A DNA stretch of 64,000 nt, from contig CAIJLJ010000099.1 of NCBI GenBank assembly GCA_903821395.1, positions 497 to 64,496 on the forward strand, written 5' to 3'. The DNA is from an uncultured Solirubrobacterales bacterium. GTDB lineage: Bacteria > Actinomycetota > Thermoleophilia > Solirubrobacterales > Solirubrobacteraceae. How positions within the stretch are numbered: the stretch's first letter is position 1; every line of letters begins with the position of its first letter. The position numbers and the translations under genes were made by a program. Below the pieces are notes generated by a model. It saw only the letters and a list, made by a program, of their open reading frames with translations, was not told the DNA's origin and did no database searches. This document shows positions 32,772 to 41,970 of this stretch, piece by piece.

Positions 32772-33881
32772 GTGGCTACTGGGCCAAATCTCGAGTCGGC
32801 GCCCCAGCGCCTGAGCGCAGTAACTGAGCAGCTCGCCGAGCTGTCGAGCTTTCTTGACCCCGATTCGCTCACCAGCCAAGTCGCCGAGCTCGAAGCGCGG
32901 ATGGGCGCGGAGGGCTTCTGGGACAACCAGGAAGAGGCCGCTCGTGTCAGCGCAGAGCACGCGCGGGTTTCGCGCCGGCTAGAGCGCTGGCAGGAGCTGG
33001 CGGGCGATGCGGAAGACCTCTCAACAATGCTCGAATTGGTTGATGAGGACGCCTCGCTTGCCGGTGAGTTCGAAGGTCAGCTAGAAGATGTTGAACGCCG
33101 ACTCGCGGCCTTCGAAGAGGAGCGCCTGTTTGCTGGCGATTACGACGCGGGTGACGCGCTCGTGACGGTGAATGCTGGGGCCGGTGGCACCGACGCACAA
33201 GACTGGGCAGAGATGGTGCTGCGGATGATGATGCGCTGGGCCGAAGGTCGTGGCTTTGAGGTTGAGCTACTTGAGGCCAGCGCAGGCGAGGAGGCTGGGA
33301 TCAAATCGGCCACTTTTAAAGCGTCGGGAGAAAACGCGTATGGGCTGTTCTGCGCTGAGCGCGGTGTCCACCGGCTGGTTCGCCTCTCGCCGTTTGACTC
33401 GGCGAGTCGCCGGCAGACTTCGTTCGCAGGAGTCGAAGTGGCGCCGGTGGTCGATGAGATCGAGGGCGTCACGATCGAAGACGACGACCTCCAGATTGAT
33501 ACCTACCGCGCCTCCGGCGCTGGCGGCCAACACGTCAACAAGACCGACTCCGCAGTGCGGATCACACATCGGCCAAGCGGGATCGTCGTTCAGTGTCAGA
33601 ACGAGCGCTCGCAGTCGTCGAATAAGGAGACGGCGATGAAGATGCTGCGGGCAAAGCTGCTCGAACTCGAGGAACGGCTTCGCTCCGATGAGATCGCGGC
33701 TGAGAAGGGCGAGAGCCAAGATGTGAACTTCGGTTCGCAGATCCGCTCCTACGTGCTCCACCCTTACACAATGGTTAAGGATCACCGCACCGATGTTGAG
33801 ATCGGCGATGCTCAGCGTGTGCTCGACGGTGACCTCGATGAATTCGTCCGTGCCGAACTGCTTCGCTCGAGCGGGAGCTAA
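32772..33881 (+). CDS. prfB: peptide chain release factor 2 (single uninterrupted frame)
   Basis: SPF motif (RLSPFDS) and GGQ motif (SGAGGQHVNKTDSAVRITH). GTG start. CTT GAC at 32853-32858 replaces the classical CTT TGA C shift site. Confidence 0.93.
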   Translation: MATGPNLESAPQRLSAVTEQLAELSSFLDPDSLTSQVAELEARMGAEGFWDNQEEAARVSAEHARVSRRLERWQELAGDAEDLSTMLELVDEDASLAGEFEGQLEDVERRLAAFEEERLFAGDYDAGDALVTVNAGAGGTDAQDWAEMVLRMMMRWAEGRGFEVELLEASAGEEAGIKSATFKASGENAYGLFCAERGVHRLVRLSPFDSASRRQTSFAGVEVAPVVDEIEGVTIEDDDLQIDTYRASGAGGQHVNKTDSAVRITHRPSGIVVQCQNERSQSSNKETAMKMLRAKLLELEERLRSDEIAAEKGESQDVNFGSQIRSYVLHPYTMVKDHRTDVEIGDAQRVLDGDLDEFVRAELLRSSGS

Positions 33882-35366
33882 GTGAGCGCTGCCGATCATG
33901 ATCAGTCGCGCGCGCCGTATCTAGACGCCATAGTTGGCTACCGCGACCGCGACCCGACGCGTTTCCATGTTCCCGGCCACAAGGGTGGGCTGGGCGCAGA
34001 CCCAGGGCTGCTTGCAGCTTTAGGTGAGGACGCGCTGGGGTTCGATATGGCGCAAGGAATAGACGGGATTGATGACGGCCCAGAGCCGACTCCCTACGCG
34101 CTAGCCGAGAAGCTTGCGGCCGAGGCTTACGGCGCCGAGCAGACCTGGTTTCTCAGTAATGGTGCCTCTCAAGGCAACCACGCGCTCTGCCTCGCGCTCG
34201 CGCCGCTCGGGCGCGAGGTCGTCGCGCAGCGCAACTCTCATGCCTCGATCGTTGACGGTCTCGTTCTCAGCGGCGGCATTCCAATCTTCATCGAACCGGA
34301 GTACGACCCTGACCTGGGGATGGCATTGGGTGTCGAGCCGGCTCACCTAGCAGAAGTCTTAGCCGCTAACCCGCGGGTTCAGGCAGCGTTCATCGTTTCG
34401 CCGACCTATTACGGCTTGACCGCAGACGTCGCTGGGTGCGCCGAGGTGGCCCACGCCGCAGGGGTGGCACTGATCGTCGATCAGGCTTGGGGCGCGCACC
34501 TTGGTTTCCACCCCGACCTCCCGGCCAGCGCGCTCTCAGCCGGCGCCGACGCAGTCCTCACCAGCACGCACAAGCTTGGTGGTTCGATGACTCAGAGCGC
34601 GATGCTCCACCTCGGCAGTTCGGAGCGGGTTGATGGTGCCGCCCTCGGTCGGGCGATTCGACTCTTCCGCTCTACAAGCCAGAGCATGCTGCTGCTTGCC
34701 TCGCTCGACGCTGCCCGACGGCAGCTTGCGACTCGCGGCGAGCAATTGCTTGGCGAGACGCTGGAGCTGCTCGTTGATGTGCGCTCGCGGCTGAATGAGA
34801 TCGAGCTGATCGGCCTCGTCGACGAGAGCTTTGTCGGCCGACCTGGGGTCGGCGGCTTTGACCCGCTGAGGATTGTGATCGACGTCCGCGCCGTTGGGTG
34901 CACGGGGCTTGAGTTCTCTGAGTCGCTCCAGCAGCAGCATGATCTCCACCCTGAGATGGCAACCCACGCGACGGTCGTATTCGTCGTCAGCCTTGCTGAG
35001 ACGCCCGAACGCCTGGATCGGCTCGTTGAAGCCGTCGCAGCGACAGCTGAGCGGCTTCAGCGGCCTCCTGGCGGCAACGAGCAGGTTCATCGGCCGGGCC
35101 CGTCAGAGGGCTGCATAGTTTCGCCGCGCGAAGCCTTCCTTGGCGAAGCGGAAGTGATTGAGCTTGATCACGCTGTCGGGCGGATCTCATGCGAATCGAT
35201 TGCCGGTTACCCGCCAGGTATTCCAGCCTTGCTCCCGGGAGAGCGGATCACTGCCGAGGTGATCGCACACCTGCGCGAAATCGCTGCTGCCGGCTCGCGC
35301 CTACATGGAGCCAGCGACCCGACGTTGACAACAATCGCCGTGCTGCTCGAAGAGCGTCCAGCCTGA
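33882..35366 (+). CDS. Orn/Lys/Arg decarboxylase family PLP-dependent enzyme
   Basis: 494 aa. HVPGHKGG and PLP-lysine motif STHKLGGSMTQSAM. GTG start directly after the prfB stop. Confidence 0.8.
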   Translation: MSAADHDQSRAPYLDAIVGYRDRDPTRFHVPGHKGGLGADPGLLAALGEDALGFDMAQGIDGIDDGPEPTPYALAEKLAAEAYGAEQTWFLSNGASQGNHALCLALAPLGREVVAQRNSHASIVDGLVLSGGIPIFIEPEYDPDLGMALGVEPAHLAEVLAANPRVQAAFIVSPTYYGLTADVAGCAEVAHAAGVALIVDQAWGAHLGFHPDLPASALSAGADAVLTSTHKLGGSMTQSAMLHLGSSERVDGAALGRAIRLFRSTSQSMLLLASLDAARRQLATRGEQLLGETLELLVDVRSRLNEIELIGLVDESFVGRPGVGGFDPLRIVIDVRAVGCTGLEFSESLQQQHDLHPEMATHATVVFVVSLAETPERLDRLVEAVAATAERLQRPPGGNEQVHRPGPSEGCIVSPREAFLGEAEVIELDHAVGRISCESIAGYPPGIPALLPGERITAEVIAHLREIAAAGSRLHGASDPTLTTIAVLLEERPA

Positions 35367-35383
35367 TTCTCTAGGCTTCCGTT

Positions 35384-36226
35384 ATGGATCAAGCGACTCG
35401 ACGCGAGCTTGACGACCTCGTCGCCCGCGCGCTAGCCGAGGATGTCGGCGATGGCGACCGCACTGCGCTCGCGACGGTTCCGGCAGGGAGCCGCGCCGAG
35501 GCGTTGATAACGCAGAAGGCTCCGGGCGCGATCTTTGGAATCGAGGCCGCCGACGCCGTTTTCGCAGCGCTTGATCCAGCGGTCGAGTTCGAGCCGCTCG
35601 TAGCCGAAGGCGAGTGGCGCGACGGTGGGCCGGTACTGAGCGTTCGCGGCGATGCGGGCGCGCTGATCAGCGGCGAGCGCAGCGCCCTCAACCTGCTTGC
35701 CCACCTAAGCGGTGTTGCGACGGCTGCTGCGCGCTACGTGCGGGCCGTCGAGGGGACAGGAGCCCAGATCCTCGATACCCGCAAAACGACGCCGGGGATG
35801 CGGCTGCTGGAGAAGGCTGCAGTCGTGGCTGGAGGGGGGAAGAACCACCGGATCGGGCTTTGGGATGCCTATCTGATTAAGGAGAACCACATCGAGATGG
35901 CCGGCGGAATTGCCGCCGCGGTCGCTGCTGCGCGGGCCGCAGATGCGAATCTCTCGCTAGAGGTAGAGTGCCGCAACCTCGACGAGGTTGACGAGGCGAT
36001 CGAAGCCGGCGCGAAGCGTTTGCTGCTCGACAACATGACGCCGGCCGAGCTCGCCGAAGCGGTCGCGCACGTCGGCGGGCGCGCCGAGCTGGAGGCAAGT
36101 GGCGGCGTCACTTTAGAGACGGTCGCCGAGGTTGCCGCGAGCGGCGTACAATTCGTCTCAGTGGGCGCGATTACTCATTCAGCCGCCGCGTTGGACCTGT
36201 CTCTCACAGTGGAGCTGGAGCGATGA
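35384..36226 (+). CDS. nadC: nicotinate-nucleotide diphosphorylase (quinolinate phosphoribosyltransferase)
   Basis: 280 aa. Motifs ILDTRKTTPG, HRIGLWDAYLIKENH, LLDNM. Confidence 0.92.
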   Translation: MDQATRRELDDLVARALAEDVGDGDRTALATVPAGSRAEALITQKAPGAIFGIEAADAVFAALDPAVEFEPLVAEGEWRDGGPVLSVRGDAGALISGERSALNLLAHLSGVATAAARYVRAVEGTGAQILDTRKTTPGMRLLEKAAVVAGGGKNHRIGLWDAYLIKENHIEMAGGIAAAVAAARAADANLSLEVECRNLDEVDEAIEAGAKRLLLDNMTPAELAEAVAHVGGRAELEASGGVTLETVAEVAASGVQFVSVGAITHSAAALDLSLTVELER

Positions 36227-37245
36227 GTTTGCAGCCGCTCCCGATGGCCTCTGAGCCAACTCCCGACCCGGCTTTTGTTGAGGAGCTGAAGCAAGAGGTT
36301 CGTGAGCTTGCCAAGGCGCGCGATGCCGTAATCCTGGCCCACAACTACCAAGTCCCGGAGGTTCAGGATGTTGCCGACTACGTCGGTGACTCGCTCGGCC
36401 TTTCACAGCAAGCGGCGCAGGTCGAAAACCCGGTGATCGCGTTCTGCGGCGTCCACTTCATGGCCGAGACGGCGTCAATTCTGGCACCGGAGAAGACGGT
36501 CCTTCTGCCTGATCTCGATGCTGGCTGCTCACTGGCCGATTCGATCACAGCCCCGCAGCTTGAGCAGTGGCAGCAGAAGTTTCCGGCCGCGATCACGGTG
36601 ATGTACGTAAACACGACGGCCGCGATCAAGGCTCTGACCGATTACTGCTGCACCTCATCGAACGCGGTCGCTGTCGTTAATCACATCGTCGCTGAGCACG
36701 GCCCCGATGTTGAGATCTGCTTCGGCCCCGACATGTTCCTCGGCGCCTACGTGCAGAAGATTACAGGCCATCATCCGATGCACATCTGGGACGGCGAGTG
36801 CCATGTTCACGCCGGGATCCGCCCTGACGACATCACTCGCGTTCGCGGTGAGCACCCCGGGGCCGACTTTTTGATCCATCCTGAGTGCGGTTGTGTCACC
36901 TCAGTCATGGAGTACGTTGCGGCCGGTGATGTTGACGCCGACGGCGTGCAGATGCTCTCGACCGGCGGAATGATGGGCTACGCGGCCGCGGCCGAAGCTG
37001 AGGGCTCGACGCGCGACGTAATCGTTGCGACTGAGGTTGGGATGCTTTACCCGCTTCAGCAGGCCGCCCCCGACATCAACTTCATTCCAGCTAACTCCGA
37101 GGCCAGCTGCCGTTACATGAAGATGATCACGCTCGAGAAGCTGCGCGACACGCTTCGAGACGGCACAGGCGAGGTGAAGGTCGAGCCCGCCGTTGCCGAG
37201 CTAGCAAGGCTGCCGATCGAGCGGATGGTTGCGATCAACCCCTAG
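36223..37245 (+). CDS. nadA: quinolinate synthase
   Basis: 340 aa. AHNYQVPEVQDVADYVGDSL, FCGVHFMAE, and Cys ligands (CSLADS, PECGC, ASCRYMK). Overlaps nadC by 4 nt. Confidence 0.93.
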   Translation: MSLQPLPMASEPTPDPAFVEELKQEVRELAKARDAVILAHNYQVPEVQDVADYVGDSLGLSQQAAQVENPVIAFCGVHFMAETASILAPEKTVLLPDLDAGCSLADSITAPQLEQWQQKFPAAITVMYVNTTAAIKALTDYCCTSSNAVAVVNHIVAEHGPDVEICFGPDMFLGAYVQKITGHHPMHIWDGECHVHAGIRPDDITRVRGEHPGADFLIHPECGCVTSVMEYVAAGDVDADGVQMLSTGGMMGYAAAAEAEGSTRDVIVATEVGMLYPLQQAAPDINFIPANSEASCRYMKMITLEKLRDTLRDGTGEVKVEPAVAELARLPIERMVAINP

Positions 37246-37246
37246 C

Positions 37247-37287
37247 TAAAAGAAGAAGGGCGGCGCAGCCAGTTGGCCACGCCGCCC
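37247..37287 (-). terminator. intrinsic terminator for the minus-strand sigma/secreted-protein transcript
   Basis: Stem GGGCGGCG(37258-65)/CGCCGCCC(37280-87), with inner GCCA/TGGC pairs. On the minus strand the stem is followed by TTCTTCTTTT. It lies 60 nt after the stop at 37348. Confidence 0.75.
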
Positions 37288-37347
37288 CCACTTCGTATGC
37301 GATCTCGCGCGGAGGAGGGGAATCGCGCTAGTCGCCCCTGTGACTGT

Positions 37348-38115
37348 CTAGTTGCGGCGTGCGGTGGCTGGCGTTGGCGTTGGTGTCGGTGCAGGTGCAG
37401 CGACAACGATCTCCAGCCTGGACCACTCGTTGCCAGTGACTGTCAGTCGCAGCCCAGCGCGGTGAACTACCGCCCCGGCCACCAGAGCTGACGTGTCGCA
37501 GGCGACCTCGTCATATCCACCGTCGTAGCTTGGGCTAGCCGGCTCGTTGTCCTCACCTGAGTTAACCGGCGGAGCCTGACCGTTAGATGCGCCTGGGGCA
37601 GGGTTGGAACCGGGGCCGTCACCATATGGGCGGTGGCCACGGTCCGACCGCGTAGCTACCGGCGGGGTGGTTGGCGTGGTAGCTGGCGCGGTTACGCAGT
37701 CAACGTGGGTGCGGCTGGTAACCGTTGCTGAGATCGGATCGCCCTTGGCGTTTGTGATCTTCAGCAGGCCACTGGTGGCGTCAAAGGAGGTAACCGTCCC
37801 GACGTTTTCGGTGCCGTCTGGAATGCCGTTGTTGTTGGTGTCGGCCTTCCGCGGGTTTGTTCCCGCCGCGTACTCAGCGCTGTTTACGGCGCCGTCTTTG
37901 TCCGGGTCAAGGCGCGCCTGATTGACCTTCAGCGAGAGCTTGTACTTCTTCTCCCACGAATCAGGTAGGCCATCGTGGTTGCGGTCAGCCGCCTTAGCAG
38001 GGGTCTGCTTCGCTTTGGCCGAGGATGGACTCTTCTTGGCGCTAGCTGCCGCCGGCAGCGCCAGCAGTAGCAGGGCGCATAGGGCGGGCGGGATCGTACG
38101 GATAGTGCGTGGCAT
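37348..38115 (-). CDS. secreted protein with three DxDxDG-type (thrombospondin type-3/EF-hand-like) calcium-binding repeats
   Basis: Start at the internal ATG 38115, preceded by AAGGAG. Signal peptide MPRTIRTIPPALCALLLLALPAAASA. Repeats DRNHDGLPDSWE, DPDKDGAVNSAE, DTNNNGIPDGTE. Pro/Thr linkers. Confidence 0.7.
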   Translation of the reverse strand: MPRTIRTIPPALCALLLLALPAAASAKKSPSSAKAKQTPAKAADRNHDGLPDSWEKKYKLSLKVNQARLDPDKDGAVNSAEYAAGTNPRKADTNNNGIPDGTENVGTVTSFDATSGLLKITNAKGDPISATVTSRTHVDCVTAPATTPTTPPVATRSDRGHRPYGDGPGSNPAPGASNGQAPPVNSGEDNEPASPSYDGGYDEVACDTSALVAGAVVHRAGLRLTVTGNEWSRLEIVVAAPAPTPTPTPATARRN

Positions 38116-38198
38116 CGAACTGGACTCCTTGCTGTTTGGGGGTCTAGTACTTAGACCGTGAGGCTGCGCCAATGTGACGCGAAGTTGCAAGAAGCGCC

Positions 38199-39638
38199 TC
38201 AGTCGCCGCGACCAGTCTTGCCGTTACCGGAGCCTTGGTCCGAGCCGCCGCTGTATCCGCGCCCGCCCGACCCGTCGTTGCTTGAGCCGCCGCTGCTGCT
38301 CTGCCCGCCGCCGCCGCTCTTGCCGCCCCCGCCTTCGCTTGAGCCACCGCCGCTCTTGCCACCGCCTTTGCCGCCGCCACCGTCGCCTTTACCGCTGCCA
38401 CCCGGGTTGTTAGGGGTCGAGGGAGTGCTCGGGGTGCTCGGAGTGGTGGGCACGCTTGGGGCGTCGCTCTGGCTAGGCGAGTCTGGGAGGCCAAGAGTTC
38501 CATCCGAACCGGGGTTGTTACGCGGTCCGCCGTCACCGCGACCACCCCTGCTGCCGCGTCCTCCGCTGCCACCGCGACCTGCGCTGGGCGTCGTTGGGAG
38601 CGGAGTGAAGATCGGGCTCGGCGCTTGGTCGCCCGGCTGCCCGGAACCTTGTTGCGAACCGTCTTGATTGCCGAGCGGTTGACCTACCAGAGCCAATGCG
38701 CCTGGAGCAGTGCCGAAGCCGTCGGGCGCCCCTGAGCTGCCGTTGGGTCCTCGATGAGGATTGACTAGCGGTCCGCCGCCGGCTGAGCCACCAGGGATCA
38801 GGGCCGCTCCAGGGCCGCTGACCCCAACACCGCTGGCGCCAGCGCTAGCGGCGCCGATGATTGCGACTGCTGGAGCGGATTCGCTGCCTTGTTCGATCAC
38901 GTGGCCGACCTTTGGCGCCGCCGTGGCGACAGCGGCAACCGAGACGACTATCGCTCCGGCCTTCATTGCGCTAGCGGCCAGCGCGTTACCGCCGCCATCG
39001 CTGAGTACCTCTGCGATCCGATGGCTCACATCTGGCGCGGGGCCACGGTGGCCGTCCGCCAACCAGAGCGCGAGTGGGAGTGGGGTTAGAGCCGTCGCTG
39101 CGGTACGCAGTTGCACTCGCGCGCGGCGAACGAGCTGCCTTACGCCAGCGTCGCTGACGCCGAGGTCGGCTGCAACATCAGCATGGGCGCGGCCGTCCAC
39201 TGCGACGGCGAGCAGGGCCGCGCGCTGGCGCTCCGGCAATTCAGCAATCACGTTGAGTGCGCTGCGGACCTCTTCGTTCTGTTCAAGGATCGCGTGTGGG
39301 CTAAGCGCCCCGTCGGTCGCCTCGATCAGTTCAAGTTCTCCGGATTCGGATCGATTCATTGCGTTCAGGGCTCCATTGTGGACGATGCGGTAGAGCCAAG
39401 GTCGAAGATCACGGACCTCGGTTCCAGTAGTAAGCGCCGACCAGGCGCTTAAGAACGCCGCTTGGACAACCTCTTCAGACCGTGCCTGCCCTAGAAAACG
39501 CTCGGCGTAGCGCGTAAGCGCCTTGCTGTAGCGCTCAACAATCGCTTCGAACGCGCGCTCGTGGCCCGAGGCGGCGAGCGACGACAGTCGTTCGTCCGAC
39601 TGTGTGCCAAGCAGGGATACGGAAATATTGGGTGTCAC
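38199..39638 (-). CDS. ECF-type sigma-70 family factor fused to a hydrophobic segment and a long Gly/Ser/Pro-rich C-terminal extension
   Basis: GTG start with AGGAG 6 nt upstream. Region 2 (RPWLYRIVHNGALN) and region 4 HTH (LPERQRAALLAVAVDGRAHADVAADLGVSDAGVRQLVRRAR) occupy aa 1-180. Hydrophobic segment aa ~219-241. Low-complexity tail runs to aa 479. Third codon positions are G/C-rich throughout. Confidence 0.8.
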   Translation of the reverse strand: MTPNISVSLLGTQSDERLSSLAASGHERAFEAIVERYSKALTRYAERFLGQARSEEVVQAAFLSAWSALTTGTEVRDLRPWLYRIVHNGALNAMNRSESGELELIEATDGALSPHAILEQNEEVRSALNVIAELPERQRAALLAVAVDGRAHADVAADLGVSDAGVRQLVRRARVQLRTAATALTPLPLALWLADGHRGPAPDVSHRIAEVLSDGGGNALAASAMKAGAIVVSVAAVATAAPKVGHVIEQGSESAPAVAIIGAASAGASGVGVSGPGAALIPGGSAGGGPLVNPHRGPNGSSGAPDGFGTAPGALALVGQPLGNQDGSQQGSGQPGDQAPSPIFTPLPTTPSAGRGGSGGRGSRGGRGDGGPRNNPGSDGTLGLPDSPSQSDAPSVPTTPSTPSTPSTPNNPGGSGKGDGGGGKGGGKSGGGSSEGGGGKSGGGGQSSSGGSSNDGSGGRGYSGGSDQGSGNGKTGRGD

Positions 39639-39708
39639 GGGAGCTCCTGAACCTCAGACAACCGTACTCCCAATTTGTGACGCATGCGCCCGTTAACCAG
39701 ATAAATAC

Positions 39709-40962
39709 CTATGAAAACTGGCTTATATCGTGCGGCCCAACGCATGCGATTGAGAGTTTCTCTGGGTCAACTCGCCTTGCGGCCTCGGCTACCTGCTCGT
39801 AGGTGACAGCGTCGATAGCGGCGATTGCATCATCGGGATCGAAACTCTCGCGATGGACGATCGCGCGGCTAGCCGCGTAACCGGCGACCGAGTTGGTGCT
39901 CTCGAACGACAATACGCGGCGGCCGGCAACGTACGCACGTGCGCGCTCCACCTCTTCCTCTGTCGGTCCGTCAGTGGCCAGCTCGCCAACGATCTCCTTC
40001 ATCCGCGTGAACGCTTCGACCGTTTTCGCTGATTCCAATCCTGCGCCGAGGACGAGCGCGCTGTAGTCGCTGGCGACGTGAGCCATCGCGAAGACTGAGT
40101 AGGCCAAGCCGCGTTGCTCGCGAATTTCATCGAAGAGGCGTGATCCCATTGAGCCGCCGAGCAAGGTCGAGTAGATGCCAAAAGCAACGCGCTGTTCGGA
40201 ATTGCTGGGGTCAAGGTCGGGCTGATACAGCATGCGAAGGTGCGACTGGTTGCTGTCGCGCTCTTCGACCAGCGTCACCGGTTCAAAGGGCACCGGCGCT
40301 TCTGGAGCCGGGCTCTCCGGCAGTGAGGGGAAACGCGCGAAGTATTCCTCAACTGCGCCGTTAGCTGGCAGATGTTCGAGGTTGCCAACAATGAACGCGC
40401 CGCCCAGATTCCCAGCCCAGCGCCGCTCACGGAAGGCGATGATCGCTTCACGCGAGAAGCTTTCAATGTGCTCCTCGGGTCCGAGAACAGTGCGTCCGAG
40501 AGGGTGGTCGCCGAAGCCGGCACGCTCAATCAAGTCGCCAGCAACTGACGCCGGCTCATCCTTATAGCGCTGAATCTCTTGAATCACGACGCCGCGTTCT
40601 TTGTCTAGCTCTTCGCCATCAAGCTTCGGTCTACCGACGAAATCGGTCAGCAGATCAATCGCTGGGATCGCAGATTCGGCGCGAACGGTGATGTGGAAGG
40701 CGACAAGGTCATGGCTGGTGTACGCGTTGAGCGATCCGCCCATCCTCTCGGCCGTCTCGTTGACCTTGCGGTAGTCGTCGTAGATCTCGCCGCCTTTGAA
40801 GACGAGATGCTCGAGAAAATGCGCCATTCCGTTCTCATCGGCGCGTTCCGTGCGGGCACCCGCATCGAACGCGACGAGGATCGTGGTCGCACGGGTCCCC
40901 GGAATCGCGATGCGATGAACTGGTAGTCCGTTAGGGGCGGTAGCGGTAGATATCTGGGCCAT
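39709..40962 (-). CDS. M16 family (pitrilysin/insulinase-like) zinc peptidase
   Basis: Inverted zinc motif HFLEHLVFKG. 417 aa. No signal peptide seen. Confidence 0.88.
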   Translation of the reverse strand: MAQISTATAPNGLPVHRIAIPGTRATTILVAFDAGARTERADENGMAHFLEHLVFKGGEIYDDYRKVNETAERMGGSLNAYTSHDLVAFHITVRAESAIPAIDLLTDFVGRPKLDGEELDKERGVVIQEIQRYKDEPASVAGDLIERAGFGDHPLGRTVLGPEEHIESFSREAIIAFRERRWAGNLGGAFIVGNLEHLPANGAVEEYFARFPSLPESPAPEAPVPFEPVTLVEERDSNQSHLRMLYQPDLDPSNSEQRVAFGIYSTLLGGSMGSRLFDEIREQRGLAYSVFAMAHVASDYSALVLGAGLESAKTVEAFTRMKEIVGELATDGPTEEEVERARAYVAGRRVLSFESTNSVAGYAASRAIVHRESFDPDDAIAAIDAVTYEQVAEAARRVDPEKLSIACVGPHDISQFS

Positions 40963-41049
40963 TTGTTGAAGATAGCGGCGCTGGGCAGGGGGTAGGAGCT
41001 CTATTTCGCTGCAAGCGCTCCTGCATCTTGGACTCGTGGGAAGGAATAG

Positions 41050-41970
41050 GTGGGGTCGGCGGCTAATGGGTGGGCAATGGCCGCAACAGAGAAAGAGCTA
41101 CGACTGCGTGACTCGCAGGTCGCACAGCGCAAGGATGCCGCTGCCGCATCCGGCCGCCCTGGCGACCCCGCCAACGCAATCGAGTGCCGCGGCGTAACGA
41201 AGCGCTACGACGTAAGTAAGGCCGGGCTCAGTGGGACGACCTTCTCGATCCGCCGCGGTGAATTCGTCTTCCTCGTAGGCCCGACCGGCTCAGGCAAGTC
41301 GACCTTGATGCGCCTACTAATCAAAGAGATCGAGCCCGACGAAGGGCGCATCCTTGTCGCCGGCCGCGATCTCGCCGAGCTCACACACAAGCAGCTGCCC
41401 TTCTACCGCCGCAACCTCGGCGTCGTATTTCAGGACTTCAAGCTGCTGCCCGACCGCACCGTCTACGAAAACGTCGCTTACGCCCTTCAGGTAACAGGTA
41501 GCTCGCGCGCGGACATCCGCGAGAAGGTGCCGGACATTCTGCGCCTGACCGGGCTTGCAACGAAGCTCCACAACTATCCGGATCAGCTCTCAGGTGGCGA
41601 GCAGCAGCGCGTCAGTATTGCCCGCGCCTTCGTCAATGCGCCGCCGCTCTTGCTGGCCGACGAGCCAACCGGCAACCTAGATCCTGAAACGTCGATCGGC
41701 ATCATGCAGCTGCTCTACCGGATCAACCGCACCGGGACGACCGTTCTTGTAGCTACACATGACTCGGCAATGGTTGACCGGATGCGCCGCCGCGTGTTGG
41801 AGTTGGCGGAAGGCGTGATCGTCCGTGACGAGCTCGACGGTCAGTACGCGCCAACCGACATGTCAACTGCCGAGTTCGGCGCACTCCTGCGCGAACCTTC
41901 GCCTGAACCACAGCGCGTGCCGAAGAAGCGCGAGCCGGGCGATGACTTCGACGAGGCCTTTAGAGACTGA
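41050..41970 (+). CDS. ftsE: cell division ATP-binding protein FtsE (with N- and C-terminal extensions)
   Basis: Walker [10 protein letters not shown], signature LSGGEQQR, Walker [13 protein letters not shown]. Directly coupled to ftsX. Confidence 0.92.
   Translation: MGSAANGWAMAATEKELRLRDSQVAQRKDAAAASGRPGDPANAIECRGVTKRYDVSKAGLSGTTFSIRRGEFVFLVGPTGSGKSTLMRLLIKEIEPDEGRILVAGRDLAELTHKQLPFYRRNLGVVFQDFKLLPDRTVYENVAYALQVTGSSRADIREKVPDILRLTGLATKLHNYPDQLSGGEQQRVSIARAFVNAPPLLLADEPTGNLDPETSIGIMQLLYRINRTGTTVLVATHDSAMVDRMRRRVLELAEGVIVRDELDGQYAPTDMSTAEFGALLREPSPEPQRVPKKREPGDDFDEAFRD

Noticed and set aside
32772-32860. Looked for the programmed +1 frameshift site (CTT TGA C) typical of prfB.
   Set aside because: The homologous position reads CTT GAC (32853-32858) in one continuous 369-codon frame. 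RF2 here is encoded without frameshifting, as in many high-GC bacteria.
38199-38720. G-quadruplex or tandem-repeat array in the Gly-rich coding DNA.
   Set aside because: G runs are mostly only 2-3 nt, and the repeats are degenerate codon-level low complexity, not a defined tandem unit.
38144-39393. Pro-rich plus-strand ORF 38158..38667, minus-strand ORF 38144..38572, and plus-strand ORF 38761..39393 overlapping the sigma-fusion gene.
   Set aside because: They are frame artefacts of the GGC/GGT/AGC-rich repeat. Only the 38199..39638 minus frame is continuous with the recognisable sigma domains and has G/C-rich third positions.
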